From the NCBI RefSeq assembly GCF_009914755.1, contig NC_060934.1: a DNA stretch of 64,000 bases. One strand, written 5' to 3'. The notes below the pieces were generated by a model. The model was given only the letters and a program-made list of their open reading frames with translations. It was not told the DNA's origin and made no database searches. The DNA is from the human T2T-CHM13v2.0 reference genome, Homo sapiens. The position numbers and the translations under genes were made by a program. Positions 58,543-64,000 of this stretch are shown in pieces (position 1 is the stretch's first letter; each line of letters begins with the position of its first letter).

Positions 58543-60072
58543 GCTTACTCCATTTGTGATGGATTCGGCGATTGCCTAAAAATTCTAGTCAAAACCACCT
58601 CTACATATAGAATGATCTCCTACATGGTTAGAAGGCTGGTTATTTTGACACAGCTCAAAACAATTTCGAATAAGTTGAAATGACTTCAGAGCCTGTGGCA
58701 TGTTCTTAGATGTGATCGAATGACTCAACGTAAAAAATTCTGTCCGACGATGGATCCGATACAGCCAACGAGGAGCTCTAAGGTTCATCTTGTGAGTCAG
58801 AGTCAACAAGACAGAGAATGTTACTTTGGCCAAAAAACTGAGATAAGGTTAAAGGTTTTATGCTCTGTTTTTCCTATGTGAGTCATAAAACTGGCTTGGA
58901 AGGCAAATTCCAAAAGGGTGTTTTAGGAAACGTCTGGGCTTTGGCTGTAGTAAGATAAATATTCAGCCTTCTAAGAAGACTTCAAAAGAGAAAACTCATC
59001 TGAATTTCTACGTTGTAGTACGTTTGGGCAAAATGAGTCTTCCTAATTTAGTAATATCTTCCTTGTTGGTGAAAGACGGCTTAGAACTGCGGCTGGTAGT
59101 TGCTTTTCACATGTTCCATGGGCGTCGTGACTTTGCAAATTAAAGAATGAGTCATTTCCTAGCAACTTAGCTCACGCATGCACTAGACAGGGAGCATTGG
59201 AGGTGGCACTCAGAAAGCCCTCCCTTTCTATTTTTTAATGGCTTTCTTTGCCACATGCATCTATGCAACACAAAATAATGAAATTACTTTCAGAGAACAT
59301 TTTACTTTTCAAAATGTTGTGGTTTGCAGAGCAGTTTTCTTACTACTCTAGAAGCAAGAGGATTCGTTAACATGTTTGATTAAATCCGTATTTAAATTCT
59401 GTGAACTCATGCAGGGAAAGGAAATTGTATGGTTCCCACTATGGCATATTAACTAGTAAAATGCTGGGTGGCGGTTGACTTGGAAGCAGCGTCCGGGATA
59501 GCGCGTGCTCCAGGAATACTCTGAAAGCTGATGCCGTTAGGGGTGCATGGTTGACTCCTGGGCCTGAGACGGCCTCAGGATGCTGCAGCGGCCTTGGCAT
59601 CCTCTTCAGCAGGGTGGCGGCCGGAACTGGCACCTTCCCCCTGGTCTCTTTATTTACCAAAAAACTGCATGCACAGAAATGACCGCAACAGCTCTGGGTG
59701 TGGGAATGTAGGAACTGTCTGTTTCAGTTTTGCCGGAGCCCCAGGTTTACGGCCGCTCTACATCCCAGTCCTCTCAGGGAGGTCCCGGTTTCTGCTGCAG
59801 TTCAGGCCCCATCATGGGTCATCTTTTCTCTCCTCCTGAGATGTGGGCTTGGAGGATGGGAGGTCGTGCCTCTAAGAAGGGTCCGTTTCACGGTGGCCCA
59901 GGCTACATGCCTGCTTCCTTGTTTCCTTGCCCCCCCGAGCTTCATGGAAGTCAATCTGGAAAGTCAGGATCACTGCAGATGGCAGTTTGTTCAGTGTTGC
60001 TCCCAGACCTGAAGAATGGAGCGCTCTGTTGTGCTTGCAGAATGAAGCATAATTCTTAGCAGAAACCTGGGA

Positions 60073-61970
<1,898 letters not shown>

Positions 61971-62555
61971 AGGTAATTGTCCTTGGGCTTCTTCTATCAA
62001 TGTGTCCTCACATATTGATATCTGATTCCCTAATGCAGCACCGTGTCATTAATGGAGGGTAAGGCAGACAATTATTATTCAGCTGTGCTGTTTAATAATA
62101 TTCAACATACATCCCAAGTGGCGCAGGGTGCCTTGGCAGGCGGAGCCCCTGACAAAATGCTCCCATGTATGTCCCGTGCTCGACAGTGCTGTGTGCCTGT
62201 GAGTTTGTGCTGAAGTATGATAAACACGTTGGGTGAAAGTGACCCCTTTCAACCTCTAGCGAAACACGACCCTTTCAACCTCTCGGGAAACGCTGGGCCA
62301 TAGGAGAATGGCTTGATTCCTCATTGCACTGTGAGGCTGAGTCTAGGCAGACGTTCCCATTACTAGGGACTCAAGGTGAGGACTTTCCCACAATTCACTG
62401 CTTTTATCCAGTGCTGGAACTGCCCTGTCTTCTGACCAGTGGATGCTGAGGAACTGACATTCACTGTCATTTTTCCCGTTTTATATAATTTAAGGATCAC
62501 TTCCCATTTAGTGAAGTTTATCTCATTTTTAAAAGATTCTCCCTTTCTCCCCTAG

Positions 62556-62633
62556 GGCTACCAGGGCATGGTGGACGGAGGCTCAAACATCGCAGAGGCC
62601 GACTGGGAGAGTGTCTCCAGCATCCTGCAAGTG
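62556..62633 (+). CDS. PFKP: PFKP coding exon 3 ([26 protein letters not shown]); gene continues past the window
   Basis: Acceptor ttctccctttctcccctag|GGC; donor GTG|gtaggt; 78 nt, phase 0, in frame with exon 2. Confidence 0.97.
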
Positions 62634-63099
62634 GTAGGTACTGGGCTGCGTCCACAGGGTTCTCTGAGTTAGAGACTCTTTTATGTCTAGTAAATTCCCA
62701 GAACACTTGAGCTCAGATCAGTTGCGAAATAGAGATTATGTGGACAGAACAGACTTTGTGAGCAGCTCTTTACTTGTGGTTTGATTTTTAGAAATGCATG
62801 TGTTAATCTGTGAGTCACTTTGAGTACTTGTTAATAGAAATAATCCAAATCGGTGCCTCCCCGCTGAAGACGCTCATGGGGCCCACACCTTCGTGCTGGT
62901 CCAGGCTCTCTCTGCATTGGGCGCCTCCTGAGCTCCGACACATCAGAAGAGAGGTGGAGGGAATTTTGACAACCACGGAAGTTAGGTGGAGCAACGTTTG
63001 CAAAACATCAGGAGAGTGTGGGCTGAATTCACACAGGGGAGCGTTTCCATTCTGCGGTGGTGATTGACGGAGGAAGATAAGATGTGAACGGAGAGTTGA

Positions 63100-63336
63100 A
63101 GTGCGTATGTGTATCAGTGAGTCTGTGTTTCTGTGCGTGGTGTATGTGGTGTGTGAATCTCGGTGTGTGTGTAACTGTGTGAGTCTGGTGTGTGTCTGTA
63201 TGTAGGTGTGTGAGTCTGAGTGTGTATGTGTGGTGTGCCCGTGTGTATGTGTTAACTGTGTGAATTTCTGGCTAGCGAATGTGTATCTGTGTGTGGGGTG
63301 TGTGTATATGTGGTGTCCTTGTATGTGTAGGTGTGT

Positions 63337-63368
<32 letters not shown>
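63100..63368. repeat. Degenerate (TG)n tract ending in pure (TG)n
   Basis: Directly visible in intron 3. Confidence 0.9.
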
Positions 63369-63374
<6 letters not shown>

Positions 63375-64000
63375 TGAGTGAGAGAATGGGAATGGCACCC
63401 ACTCCTCTGCAGCCCAGTTATCCTGGTTTCGTTCCTGAGTTGCGGCCACCTCGTCTCTTTGGTTGGAGTTTCTGGGTTGCTGGCTCTAGCTCCCATTGTG
63501 CTGGCTCTCGTGCTGCCCCCCAGGTTTTTGTCCAGGCAGAGTCCAGAGAGCACCCCTGCCCTGCTCTGCGCCCCCACCCTCACCTGCCTTGGGGGTTGGG
63601 TTGTAAATGGTCTCGGTCACACTTGGTGCCAGTGACGTAGGATCGTGTGGAGTGAATTTCAGTTTTTGTAACCTTTTCATAATGTTTTGATAAATTAAAT
63701 GGTGGTAGGTTTCATGTAAAAATAGGAGCTTTTCTGGGATTTGGAATATTAGTGAGTCTCTGTGTGTGAAAATGAGCTGTGTGCGTGCACCATTGGTGTA
63801 TCGAAACACGCACTCACGTCACTGCAGGGGTCTCCTGGGAGCTGCCTGCAGACCGAAGGCAGGGAGAGCTTCGCCTCCAGTGCAGAGACAACCCCTGCTG
63901 TGCTTATGAGCACCTTGCTTGACAAAGTCAGCACGCGCTTAGGGATCCCGTACGGATGGAGTTTTTTGGTGCATTCATGGTTTTATTTAAAGAAATCTTG

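Overview
Human genomic DNA containing the 5' end of PFKP (platelet-type 6-phosphofructokinase, chr10p15) on the + strand. Human origin is supported by an AluYb element and an SVA_F-like element. The window holds a CpG-island promoter (~29.4-32.6 kb) and coding exons 1 (30697-30808), 2 (45484-45557) and 3 (62556-62633), which splice in frame to the first 88 residues; the gene continues beyond the window. The ~30 kb upstream is transposon-rich: an old L1M carrying nested AluY, SVA, AluJ and L1PA insertions; THE1B, MER51, MER4C-like, MST-type and HERV-K LTR5 solo LTRs; and Tigger2a. Introns hold many Alus, a MER9 LTR, L1 fragments and several minisatellites, including a ~1.3 kb 24/25-bp VNTR. Nearly all long ORFs in the track are repeat or GC artefacts. 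I found no convincing wholly new biological system. The best leads are: three phase-compatible candidate alternative exons in intron 1 that would remove or disrupt the ATP-binding GGDAQG loop; a phased CACCTG E-box array upstream; an AP-1/ARE cluster with a perfect 17-bp repeat in intron 2; and an SVA whose 5' end coincides with an SVA cryptic splice acceptor. Repeat subfamily calls are from recalled consensus sequences, and most repeat boundaries are approximate.
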